Positions 33,976-42,552 of a stretch of 64,000 nt of DNA are shown here, one piece after another. The translations under genes were made by a program, and so were the position numbers. The stretch covers positions 89,598 through 153,597 of IMG/VR virus record IMGVR_UViG_3300043313_001192; one strand, given 5' to 3'. The first letter of the stretch is position 1. Each line of letters begins with the position of its first letter. The notes beneath the pieces are model-generated. The model ran no database searches. It was not told the DNA's origin and was given only the letters and a program-made list of their open reading frames with translations. The DNA comes from a virus (Duplodnaviria; Heunggongvirae; Uroviricota; Caudoviricetes).

Positions 33976-35779
33976 ACTTCTCGCCCCACGACTGGAACGG
34001 ACCCTCAGCGTCGGCCGTCAGCGGCACCGCGTAGTCGGCCATGTTCGACATCACCTTGGGCACCGCGTTCATCAGCTCCTCGGCCATGTCCTCGGGGGCG
34101 TCGAGCAGGATCTCGTCGTGCACCGGCAGCACCATGTAGTCCCCGAGCCCGGCCATGTCCAGGTCGACCAGCGCCCGCTTGAAGATCTCCGCGGCGTGCC
34201 CCTGGTGCAGGTAGTTGGTCAGCGCGTAGACCTTGTCGTCGTCGCACGGGAGTTTCCGGCCGTAGGGGGTGACCACGTAGCCCTGGCCCTCGTTGCGCAG
34301 CCGCCGCATCCCGATGTCCTCGACCGACTTCATGAACCGCTTGATGCCGGGGTAGCGCGCGTCGACCGCCTTGACCACCGGCTCCATCTGGCCGTAGGGC
34401 ACCCCGGCGCTCTCGGCCATCTTGCCGACACCGGCGCCGTACGCCTTGCCGTACATCGTGTTCTTGACCAGGCCGCGGCGCTTGTCGGACTTCTTGAAGC
34501 CGGGGTCGACGTAGATCTCGCGGCCCATGATGACGAAGAAGTCGCCGCCGGTGGCGTCGGCCTCGATGAACGCCTGGCGCAGGTCGCGATCCCCGGAGAA
34601 GTGCGCGAGCAGCCGCATCTCGATCTGGGAGTAGTCCACCGGGATCAGCACCCGGCCCTCACGGGCGATGAACGCCGCCCGGACCAGGGCGTCCCGCTTG
34701 GGGATCTGCTGCAGCGGAGGCTTGCTGATGCTCATCCGCGAGGTGCGGGCAGCCAGGGTGCGGATGTCGGCGTGCACGGTGAACCCGTCCGGGCCGTAGA
34801 CCGCGGACTCCTCGATCGAGCCGAAGTAGGAGGTGGCGTTCCGGCTGGCCCGACGCATGTCCAGCACCGCCTGCGCGAGCTGGGCCACACCGGGCAGCTC
34901 GGAGTGGGTGAAGACCTCCATCTGGTACTTGTCGACCGACTTGCCCCCGGTCTTCTCGCTGAACACGGTGATCGTCTCGCCCATGTCCTCGAAGAGCTTG
35001 ACCAGCGACCGGTTCTGCCGCATCGAGATCCGGTAGTTGTCCCGGCACCACTGCATGATCGCGGCGGCGTAGTCGGCTTGGGCCTGTCCGGTTCGGGCGA
35101 CATAGTCCATGTCGATCCGGGCGCCGCGCTGCTGCATCGCGGTGACCACGTGCCGCGCGGCCATCTCCAGGTCGAAGATCTCGGCGTACTTGCCGCCGTC
35201 ACCGACCTGGGAGGCGAAGGTGAGGTCGAGGTGGTAGCTCAGCACCGGATCCAGGGCGCCGTACTGCCAGTAGGGCGGGTAGTCGACCGGCACCGTGGCC
35301 CAGGTCCACTTGTTCTTGCTCATCCCGTCGGAGAGCCGGTGCTGCCCGGCCGCAGCACGCGGGTCGACCAGCCGCTGGGAGAGCGTCTTGAGCGCGCCCG
35401 GCCCGAGCGGGTCGATGATGTGCGCGGCGATCATCCCGTCGCGGATCGTGTGCCGCTGGAACCGGAACGGCGAGTGCGCCTCGATCCAGCGGACGTCGAA
35501 GGAGGCGATGTTGTGTCCGGCCCAGTCGCCCTGCCACTCGTTCAGGGCCTCCAGGGCCAGGCCCTTCCACAGGTCCCAGGACATCGCCCAGCCGTGCTCG
35601 CCGTCGCCGAACTGGATCAGCCGGACCTTGGCGTCACGGGCCAGCGGGTCGAGCCCGGAAGTCTCGGTGTCGAGACCGAGCACCGGCCGCGGGCGGCGCT
35701 CGCCGAGCCAGCGCTTGAACTCCATCGCCTGGTCGACCGAGTCGACCAGGTGCAGGTTGACACCTGCTAGTCCGCCCAT
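33968..35779 (-). CDS. family-A DNA polymerase (PolA-like) with 3'-5' exonuclease domain
   Basis: 603 aa; Exo I LGLDTETSGLDP; polymerase motifs ...RRGLVKNTMYGKAYGAG... and ...VLPVHDEILLD (motif C). Confidence 0.85.
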   Translation of the reverse strand: MGGLAGVNLHLVDSVDQAMEFKRWLGERRPRPVLGLDTETSGLDPLARDAKVRLIQFGDGEHGWAMSWDLWKGLALEALNEWQGDWAGHNIASFDVRWIEAHSPFRFQRHTIRDGMIAAHIIDPLGPGALKTLSQRLVDPRAAAGQHRLSDGMSKNKWTWATVPVDYPPYWQYGALDPVLSYHLDLTFASQVGDGGKYAEIFDLEMAARHVVTAMQQRGARIDMDYVARTGQAQADYAAAIMQWCRDNYRISMRQNRSLVKLFEDMGETITVFSEKTGGKSVDKYQMEVFTHSELPGVAQLAQAVLDMRRASRNATSYFGSIEESAVYGPDGFTVHADIRTLAARTSRMSISKPPLQQIPKRDALVRAAFIAREGRVLIPVDYSQIEMRLLAHFSGDRDLRQAFIEADATGGDFFVIMGREIYVDPGFKKSDKRRGLVKNTMYGKAYGAGVGKMAESAGVPYGQMEPVVKAVDARYPGIKRFMKSVEDIGMRRLRNEGQGYVVTPYGRKLPCDDDKVYALTNYLHQGHAAEIFKRALVDLDMAGLGDYMVLPVHDEILLDAPEDMAEELMNAVPKVMSNMADYAVPLTADAEGPFQSWGEKYV

Positions 35780-35827
35780 CAGACGAGGTCCCGAGGCATG
35801 TCGTTGTGTCCCTTCGACACCTCGACT

Positions 35828-36916
35828 CTAGGTGATCCCACCCTCCGCTGTAGAGGGGTGCGTGGTCACCTTGTCACCCTTGATCGTGACCTCGATCGAG
35901 GCGGTGTTGTTGTACTCGTTCGACTCCACGACGGCTCTACGTGCGTCGGCGTGCACGGTCACCTTGTAGTCCCCGTCAGGCAGGTCCGTGACGTCGATGG
36001 CCTGGTCCGGCAGTGTGGACGGGTAGGTGTCTCCCCACCCTCGACTCAGGCCGTGGATGATGGTCAGCGCGTGAGGGAGCCCCTTGCCGCACGACGTCGT
36101 CTCCAGGTACACCGGCGCCTTCGGGACGCCCTCCTGGCCCTGCATCGACATCTCGCCGGTGTTGTCCTGCATGCAGTAGCCGTGCTTCTCGGCCCTGGCC
36201 TTGACGTCGGTGTCCTGCACCCCGGTGATCTCATAGTTGTCGAAATCACGCACGTGCCAGTGGTTGTGGCCATCCCCGGCGAAGTAGAACTCCACGCCCT
36301 TGTCGACCACCGAGCCGAGCCGTTTGCCGGTGGCGTCGAAGAACGTCTGGTACGCCTTCCAGTCCTTGACGTCCGCCGCCGAACGGTCCGCGAGGATCTC
36401 GGCAGGCTGCTTGCCGACGTTCAGGGTGATCACCGGGAACTTCAGCAGCTTGCGTCCCCTGAGCTTGGGGAAGTCCTCCACGTACGGCGCGGGGTTCACG
36501 ATCTTGAAGCAGTCGCCACCGGTGGCCTTCAGGTCGCCGGTACCGCACTGATCGAGCTGCTTGATCACCAGGTCGGGCAGCGCTGCGTTCTGGGGTTGCT
36601 CGGTGAGGATGTTCAGGCAGTCATCGGCATCAGCGGGCCGGGTGGTGACACCCTGACTAGCCCACGTGCTCCAGTGCTTGACCCACTTGTCAGCGCCCTT
36701 GTCCCAGGACCAGGAGGCGGTGCGGACCATGGTGCGGATCGGCACGCTGAGCTGCTGGCAGTACGGCTTGCCGATGTCTTGGGAGGTGTGCTGGACATCG
36801 GCCTTGGGTTTGTCCGGACGGCCTTGTCCGCACGCGCCCGCCACCAGCAGGCTCGCGACCACGACGATGAGTAGGAATCTCACCCGAGTTGGTTGCACAT
36901 CTACACATTCCCACAA
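35828..36916 (-). CDS. lipoprotein with lysyl-oxidase-like (LOX) catalytic domain
   Basis: Signal/lipobox ...FLLIVVVASLLVAGAC. LOX landmarks: LLKFPV..N.G; GDGHNHWHVRDFDNYE (cf. LOX WHSCHQHYHSMDEFSHYD); AEKHGYCMQDNT (cf. AEGHKASFCLEDT); SRGWGDTYP..PDQAIDVTDLPDGDYKVTVH....VVESNEYNN (cf. [23 protein letters not shown]....VPESDYTNN). Confidence 0.6.
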   Translation of the reverse strand: MWECVDVQPTRVRFLLIVVVASLLVAGACGQGRPDKPKADVQHTSQDIGKPYCQQLSVPIRTMVRTASWSWDKGADKWVKHWSTWASQGVTTRPADADDCLNILTEQPQNAALPDLVIKQLDQCGTGDLKATGGDCFKIVNPAPYVEDFPKLRGRKLLKFPVITLNVGKQPAEILADRSAADVKDWKAYQTFFDATGKRLGSVVDKGVEFYFAGDGHNHWHVRDFDNYEITGVQDTDVKARAEKHGYCMQDNTGEMSMQGQEGVPKAPVYLETTSCGKGLPHALTIIHGLSRGWGDTYPSTLPDQAIDVTDLPDGDYKVTVHADARRAVVESNEYNNTASIEVTIKGDKVTTHPSTAEGGIT

Positions 36917-36938
36917 CTAGCTGTGAACAGAACATGAG

Positions 36939-37034
36939 CTGGCCCAGAAGGAGTCGAACCTTCATCTTCCCCCTGAACAAGGAGGTGCTCTACCGTGGGT
37001 GCTCTGGACAGAGCGCCACTTGAGCTACAGGCCA
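36939..37034 (-). tRNA. non-canonical tRNA-like gene (GUU anticodon-like loop; ~22-nt hairpin insertion in the D-loop)
   Basis: Minus: TGGCCTG-TA-GCTC-AAGTGG[CGCTCTGTCCAGAGCACCCACG]TA-GAGC-A-CCTCC-TTGTTCA-GGGGG-AAGAT-GAAGG-TTCGACT-CCTTC-TGGGCCA-G. Acceptor pairs 7/7 (2 G-U); perfect T-arm; no encoded CCA; position 37 is C. Confidence 0.35.
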
Positions 37035-37100
37035 TGGGCACTGACGGGGCCGTACAACGCTGGGGGGCAGTCGTTCGACCCCGTCAGTGGTCTAGAGGAG

Positions 37101-38555
37101 TCAGTCCAGACCTCCGGCTGCAGTACCGGGGTAGGGCGTGACCGTGTTGCCCGTGATGTTGATCTTCATGGAGGCGACGTTGTTGTCCTCGTTGGACTCC
37201 GTCACCGCGCCGACGTCATCAGCGTGGATCTGGGCGGTGTAGTCCCCGTCCGGGAGCCCGGTGATGTCCACTGCCTGGTCCGGCAGCGACGTGGGGTAGG
37301 TGTCGCCCCATCCCCTGCTGAGTCCATGGATGATGGTCAGCGCGTTCGGCAGGCCCTTCCCGCACGAGGTGGTCTCCAGGTAGACCGGCGCTGTCGGAAC
37401 ACCCGCCTGACCCTGCAGCTGGCGGTAGGAGGTGTTGTCCTGCAGGCAGTACCCGTGCTTCTCCGCGCGGGCCACCACCTCGCCGGTGCTGTCCAGCAGC
37501 TGGTAGGAGTCGAAGTCCTGTACGTGCCAGTGGTTGTGACCATCCCTGGCGTAGTAGAACTTCACCTTGGGCTCGTAGACCGACTGGGTGGACCCGTCAG
37601 GACGGTAAAACGTCTGGTACGCCTTCCAGTCGTTTGGTGAGTCCGCGGAGCGGTCAGCGATGATCTCTGAGGGTCCAGCACCCACGTTGAGCCCGATCAC
37701 CGGGAACTTGAGCAGCTTCTTGCCCTCCAGGGCAGGGAAGTCATCGTTGAGTGGAGCCGACGGGTCGATCAGGAAGCACTTCCCGTCGGTCGCGAGCATG
37801 TCACCGGTCCCGCACTTGTCCAGGCTCTTGACCCGGATGTCGGGGAGCAGAGCATCAGCCGGTGGGGTGTCCACGACGTTCATGCAGTCGGCCGCCGCAG
37901 CAGCCCGAGGTTCTCCCTGGCTCACCGTCGTCCAGGCTGAGGGCTCCGCGGGGACCCACTTCTTCGCGGTGGTGCTCCAGACCCAGCCCTGGGTCCGCTG
38001 CTGGTTCGCCGTGGTGACGATCAGCTGGTTGCACTGCGCCTGGTCGTCGACGACCTGGGTCTGGATCAGGTCAGCGGGCTTCGCGCACGTCGTGGGGCTC
38101 GGGTTGCTCGCGCACGTCGCCGACTGCGGTGGCGTCCGGCTGATCACCCGCAGCGCGATCTGCCGCGATCTGCCGCGCAGGTGGCCCTTGGCGTAGACCA
38201 GGGTGCGGAACCGGGCGATGCCGGGCTTGCTGACCCGCTGGCTGGGCATTGTGTACTTGCCGAGCGCTCGCCGGTACCTGGTGCTCCGGTTGATCCAGCG
38301 GTGCCCGTTCCAGCGCTGCAGGACGATCCGCTTCTGGACGTGGCTGTTGTTCCCGCTGAGGTAGCCCACGATCGGGATGGCCGCGTTGACGTACCGGCTG
38401 CCCACCGAGTTCAAGGAGATGGCCAACCGCACCGGCTGGGTGCGGTAGGCCGCTCCTCCACTGCCCGAGCGCGCCTCAGCAGGCGTGAGGCTCAGCCCCA
38501 TGCTTGCGACCAGCGCGACCAGCAGTCCCAGCACTGCTACTGCTCGTGTCTTCAT
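37101..38555 (-). CDS. secreted protein with lysyl-oxidase-like catalytic domain (paralogue of 35828..36916)
   Basis: Signal peptide MKTRAVAVLGLLVALVASMGLSLTPAEA. C-terminal 250 aa ~60% identical to the neighbour, including LLKFPVIGLN, ARDGHNHWHVQDFDSYQ, AEKHGYCLQDNT, SRGWGDTYPTSLPDQAVDITGLPDGDY and VTESNEDNNVAS. Confidence 0.6.
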   Translation of the reverse strand: MKTRAVAVLGLLVALVASMGLSLTPAEARSGSGGAAYRTQPVRLAISLNSVGSRYVNAAIPIVGYLSGNNSHVQKRIVLQRWNGHRWINRSTRYRRALGKYTMPSQRVSKPGIARFRTLVYAKGHLRGRSRQIALRVISRTPPQSATCASNPSPTTCAKPADLIQTQVVDDQAQCNQLIVTTANQQRTQGWVWSTTAKKWVPAEPSAWTTVSQGEPRAAAAADCMNVVDTPPADALLPDIRVKSLDKCGTGDMLATDGKCFLIDPSAPLNDDFPALEGKKLLKFPVIGLNVGAGPSEIIADRSADSPNDWKAYQTFYRPDGSTQSVYEPKVKFYYARDGHNHWHVQDFDSYQLLDSTGEVVARAEKHGYCLQDNTSYRQLQGQAGVPTAPVYLETTSCGKGLPNALTIIHGLSRGWGDTYPTSLPDQAVDITGLPDGDYTAQIHADDVGAVTESNEDNNVASMKINITGNTVTPYPGTAAGGLD

Positions 38556-38571
38556 GTCGTGTCCGTCTCTA

Positions 38572-39300
38572 CTAGTTGATGGTTCGGTTCGCTGATGCGG
38601 CGTAGATGGAGTCCACCTGCTCTGGGGTGAGTTCGCGGTCGAAGAACGCCACGTTGCGCACGGTCCCGATCAGTGACCCAGCGTTGTCGCCGAGTCCCCC
38701 GATGCGGACCGCGCTGGGTGTGTTCTTGGGCTTGATCCGGAAGCTGGACAGCGGGTCGTCATCGCGCTTCACGCCGTTCTTCCAGATGGCGATCTGGCTC
38801 CGGTCCACCTCGCCGACGATGAGCCGCTCGGTCGTGGCCTGGCGGTCCTGGAAGTAGGAGCCAGCGCCCAGCCCACCCTGGGGGTTGAAGTAGTAGAACG
38901 ACGTGCGACCTTGGCGCTCGGCCGCTTCGCCGGGCGCGTCCTGCACGTAGTGCCGAAACACCCACTCGTGCCAGTTGCCCTTGCCCTTGCCCAGCCAGTG
39001 CACGTACTGCGTCGACTCGGGATCTGAGCCGTGCCAGTCCTTGATCGTCAGGAGCGCCACCACCGTCAGCTTCCCGGTCGTGGTCACCGAGAAGTCGTCG
39101 TTGTCGGGGATCCGGATGTAGCTGTGCCCGTCGAAGACCGCACCCTGGTCGGTGAACTCGGCGCCGTGGTTGGTGCCGTCGTCGTTGCCGATGACATCGT
39201 CCGAGCCGGTCACCTGGTTGAGTGGGTAGAAGTGGGTCAGCCCAGGGATCTTGAAGATCACCCTGCCCGCCTGATCCAGCTTCTCAGTGTCTGTCTGCAC
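38572..39300 (-). CDS. LamG/concanavalin-A-like lectin/glucanase-fold protein
   Basis: 242 aa; paralogue of the N-terminal 240 aa of 42549..43712 (shared IPGLTH.Y.L, FSV.T.G.LTV...T...[29 protein letters not shown](F/W)(D/N)R.LT..(Q/E)..SIYAA). Confidence 0.5.
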   Translation of the reverse strand: MQTDTEKLDQAGRVIFKIPGLTHFYPLNQVTGSDDVIGNDDGTNHGAEFTDQGAVFDGHSYIRIPDNDDFSVTTTGKLTVVALLTIKDWHGSDPESTQYVHWLGKGKGNWHEWVFRHYVQDAPGEAAERQGRTSFYYFNPQGGLGAGSYFQDRQATTERLIVGEVDRSQIAIWKNGVKRDDDPLSSFRIKPKNTPSAVRIGGLGDNAGSLIGTVRNVAFFDRELTPEQVDSIYAASANRTIN

Positions 39301-39508
39301 TTTTCCAGGGCGCGTTGATCGCCAGAACCACCATCAGTGCCGCGATGATCCCTCCAACGAGCAGGATCAGGGGCAGGCGTGGCGAGGCTCTCACGCGCTC
39401 GATGAAGTGGTTCTGCGGCATCCGGCTCCCCCAGCGTCGTTTCGGTCTTGTGTCAGGTGTCGTTGTTCTATCAGGTAAACCTGAAGTTGGTGAATCTGGA
39501 CTATACAA
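39284..39508 (-). CDS. small membrane protein (start possibly 39421)
   Basis: ...RVRASPRLPLILLVGGIIAALMVVLAINAPWK TM helix; the N-terminus of the ORF is Pro/Thr/Arg-rich and may be run-on. Confidence 0.3.
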   Translation of the reverse strand: MYSPDSPTSGLPDRTTTPDTRPKRRWGSRMPQNHFIERVRASPRLPLILLVGGIIAALMVVLAINAPWKSADRH

Positions 39509-39512
39509 CGTT

Positions 39513-41501
39513 CTACGTCACCGACGCACCCACCTTGGCGTTGGCGAGCAGCCAGGTGCGCGCCGTGCCGTGTCCGGAGAGCACGTAGCCGCCTGCCGGG
39601 ATCGCGATGTTGCCGACACCGTCCTGGACCTTGGTGATCACACCGTTCACCACGACTGCCTCGAAGCCGTACGCGTTGGTCCCGGTCGTCGCGCCGAAGG
39701 ACGGCGTGTAGACGATCAGCGTGTTGGCAGCGCGGTAGACGTTCGTGCCCGAGACGGCCAGGCTCTTGCCGTTGATGGTGACCTTGCTCGTCGGCGTGCC
39801 GCTCGGCGGGGGAGTCGGCGTAGGCGTAGGCGTGGGAGTAGGCGTAGGTGTCGGAGTCGGCGTCGGCGTCGGGGTCGGCGTGCCGCCACCCGGAATGGTG
39901 AGCACCTGTCCGATGCTGAGGTTGTAGGGAGACACGATGTTGTTGGCACTGGCGATCTGCTGCCAAGGGACACCGACCTTGGTGCCGATCTTGGAGAGGG
40001 TGTCTCCGCTCACCACGGTGTAGGTCCCGGCACCCGGAGTGGGCGTGGGAGTGGGCGTGGGAGTAGGTGTCGGGGTCGGCGTAGGGGTGGGCGTCGGCGT
40101 AGGTGTCGGGGTGGGCGTCGGCGTGCTGCCGCCGATGACAGCACCCATGGTCTTGACCGTGACGTAGGACTGCTGGGACACCCAGTCGACGAACTGGGTG
40201 AACTCGTCGAGGCTGATCGAGGTGTCCGTGCACCCGCTACAGATGCTGTGGATGACCAGCGGCACCCAACCGCCTCGGTCGTCTCCTGCCTGGGTCACGT
40301 AGGTCTTGAGCATGTCCAGCGTCGTGTCGGAGTGCACCGACTGGTTGGTGCCGATCTCGTACGGCTTGGGCGGTGGGATCGACTCGGCAGTGGCGCACGA
40401 GGCACAGCCATACCCAGGCGACCGCAGGTTGCCCACGACGCGCGCGTTGGAGTAGCCGCACGACTGGGTGATGCTGTCCACTGCTGCACTGGTCGAGCCG
40501 AACGGGTAGGCGAAGCTCTTGGCCGAGAAGCCCATGCCGACCAGCGCCGTCCGGTCATCACAGATCTGACGACGGGCCTCGGTGGTGGTCGCAGCCGCGA
40601 GGTCGACGTGGTCCAGCGTGTGCCCACCGATCTCGTCACCGGCCGTCTGCAGGGCGGTGGCCTGGGCCTTGGTCATGTAGGCCGTGTTGCCGCCGGTGAG
40701 TCGGGGGCTGTTGACGTAGTACGTCCCGTTCATCCCGTGCTGGTGCAGGACCTGCGCGGCGGAGAGCTGGCTGGAGAACGTGTCGTCGAAGGTGAAGCTC
40801 AGCGTGACGGGATTGCTCGGGGTCGCAGTGGCAGCAGCCACGGCGGCAACACGCGCGGTCGAGGTGTCGGTCTGTCCCGTGGTGTCGGTCGTGGTCAGCT
40901 TGACCGCGTACGTGCCCGACTTCTCATAGACGTGCTGCACGGTCGAGGCTGGCTGTGGCGCAGTGCTGGTGCCGTCACCGAAGTCGTAGGTGTAGGACTT
41001 GATGCCGTGGTCGTCGGTGGAGGTTCCGCCGTCGATCGTCACCGCGTCGGGCGCGGTCTTGTCCGCCACCACCTTGGCGTCCGGGGGTGCGTCGGCCGTC
41101 GGGGGCTTGGCCGCGACCACGAGCTTGCGGGTGGCCGAGCTGGCCTTGCCGTCCTGGTCGCGCACCGTCAGGCGGACGTCGTAGGTGCCCGCCTTGGTGT
41201 AGGTGTGGCTGAAGGTTCCCTGCGGCTCCTTGCGGTCCTTGGTGCCGTCTCCCCACTGGTAGGTGAAGGAGGTGACCCCCACGTCGTCGGTGGATCCGGA
41301 TCCGTCCGCGACGACAGGTGCACCGACCGCTGCGGTGCCGGGATTGAGGACCAGGTCCGCCGTCGGTGCCTGGTTGGTCGCTGCGGTGGCTGGAGTGCCA
41401 CTCCCGGTCCCCACGACCAGGAAGGCTGGCGCGATCAGCGCCACAGCAGCGATGCCGCTACCAAGAATCTGGGCTCGCTTGCTCGTTCGCCGTTGCGTCA
41501 T
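39513..41501 (-). CDS. secreted multidomain protein: 2x PKD-like + NodB polysaccharide deacetylase + LysM + conserved C-terminal module
   Basis: Signal-like N-terminus; PKD-like FSHTYTKAGTYDVRLTVRDQDGK / YTYDFGDGT; NodB motifs NGTYYVNSPRL...GDEIGGHTLDHVDL; (TP)n linkers; LysM YTVVSGDTLSKIGTKVGVPWQQIASANNIVSPYNLSIGQVLTIP; C-terminal [18 protein letters not shown] module shared with 42549..43712. Confidence 0.65.
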   Translation of the reverse strand: MTQRRTSKRAQILGSGIAAVALIAPAFLVVGTGSGTPATAATNQAPTADLVLNPGTAAVGAPVVADGSGSTDDVGVTSFTYQWGDGTKDRKEPQGTFSHTYTKAGTYDVRLTVRDQDGKASSATRKLVVAAKPPTADAPPDAKVVADKTAPDAVTIDGGTSTDDHGIKSYTYDFGDGTSTAPQPASTVQHVYEKSGTYAVKLTTTDTTGQTDTSTARVAAVAAATATPSNPVTLSFTFDDTFSSQLSAAQVLHQHGMNGTYYVNSPRLTGGNTAYMTKAQATALQTAGDEIGGHTLDHVDLAAATTTEARRQICDDRTALVGMGFSAKSFAYPFGSTSAAVDSITQSCGYSNARVVGNLRSPGYGCASCATAESIPPPKPYEIGTNQSVHSDTTLDMLKTYVTQAGDDRGGWVPLVIHSICSGCTDTSISLDEFTQFVDWVSQQSYVTVKTMGAVIGGSTPTPTPTPTPTPTPTPTPTPTPTPTPTPTPGAGTYTVVSGDTLSKIGTKVGVPWQQIASANNIVSPYNLSIGQVLTIPGGGTPTPTPTPTPTPTPTPTPTPTPTPPPSGTPTSKVTINGKSLAVSGTNVYRAANTLIVYTPSFGATTGTNAYGFEAVVVNGVITKVQDGVGNIAIPAGGYVLSGHGTARTWLLANAKVGASVT

Positions 41502-41568
41502 GTCGTCTCCTGTGTCGCTGTGTCCATCTTGTCGGTGCTGAATCAGTAGTGTTACATCATATTCTGCG

Positions 41569-42552
41569 CTAGAGCAAACCCTTCTTGATCAGCGCGTCGA
41601 CCATCGCGTTGTGCTTCGCCACGATGCTCCTCGTGGTCGCGTGGTAGTCAGCACCCGGCGTGGGCTCGGGCGTGGGCTTCGGAGTGGGTGTGGGAGTGGG
41701 CTCGGGCTTGGGCTCCGGCGTCGGTGTGGGAGTGGGCTCGATCGCGCCAGTCGGGCTGATCTCACGCACGCTGGCCTTCTTGTAGATCAGGCCGTCCGTC
41801 GCCACGTCGTCGGAACGGAAGTAGACGGTGATGTTCGGCTTCCCGGACTCCGAGCCGCTCCGGGTCCCGCTCTTGGTCAGCTTCATCTTCGGGTCGATGC
41901 CGCTCTTGCAGGCGGTCACTCCGAGCTTGGTGCCGTCGTCCTCAAGCTCGGTGATCTTCTCCCAGGTGCCACCGTCCTTGCCGTCGGTCATGTCTCGGTA
42001 GATCTCGATCTTGACGTTGCCGTTCGAGAGGTCGTAGGTCAGCATCTTGAAGCCGATCCAGATGTTCCTCGCCAGACCTCCCGACCACACGGTCTTGCGG
42101 TACTGCCACGGGGCGTCGGAGGCAGGGTGGTTGGTCTCCTTCTCGATGTCCACGTCGCCGTCGTACCTGAAGCGGCCGTTGATGCTGCGGGTGTCGCACT
42201 TGTTGGTGTTCTCCGAGCCGATGGTCCCGTGGTTGGCCCTGGTGCAGCACACCAGACCGCCCCACGGCGTCCCGGCGTCGTTGACCCGCTTGAAGTAGAC
42301 CGTCACCTCGACGTCGGTCCATTGCCGCTGCTTCGCCGGGTCATGCACGTACATCCGCGGCACCGCGCCCGAGATGAACAGCTGCCCGTCGGCCACGCGG
42401 TAGCTCGCGTCGCCGTGGTCGCAGTTGAACCAGGGGTCCTTGGGGTCGGTGCCGGTGAACGTGCGTGGCGTGACCCAGTTCGCCTCCCACTTCATGCCGC
42501 CTGGGAGGTCGGCGTAGAGCTTGGTGGTCCCAAAGGTGTCGACGGCGCTCAC
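41569..42552 (-). CDS. beta-jelly-roll-like protein, possible glycan hydrolase/lyase (tentative)
   Basis: GTG start in a GTGA overlap with the upstream stop ([22 protein letters not shown]...). Beta-rich core; PT-rich linker; C-terminal [27 protein letters not shown] shared with 42549..43712. The first ~90 codons of ORF 41569..42819 are run-on. Confidence 0.4.
   Translation of the reverse strand: MSAVDTFGTTKLYADLPGGMKWEANWVTPRTFTGTDPKDPWFNCDHGDASYRVADGQLFISGAVPRMYVHDPAKQRQWTDVEVTVYFKRVNDAGTPWGGLVCCTRANHGTIGSENTNKCDTRSINGRFRYDGDVDIEKETNHPASDAPWQYRKTVWSGGLARNIWIGFKMLTYDLSNGNVKIEIYRDMTDGKDGGTWEKITELEDDGTKLGVTACKSGIDPKMKLTKSGTRSGSESGKPNITVYFRSDDVATDGLIYKKASVREISPTGAIEPTPTPTPEPKPEPTPTPTPKPTPEPTPGADYHATTRSIVAKHNAMVDALIKKGLL

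Noticed and set aside
34118-35770. 550-aa plus-strand ORF
   Set aside because: Antisense of the DNA polymerase gene.
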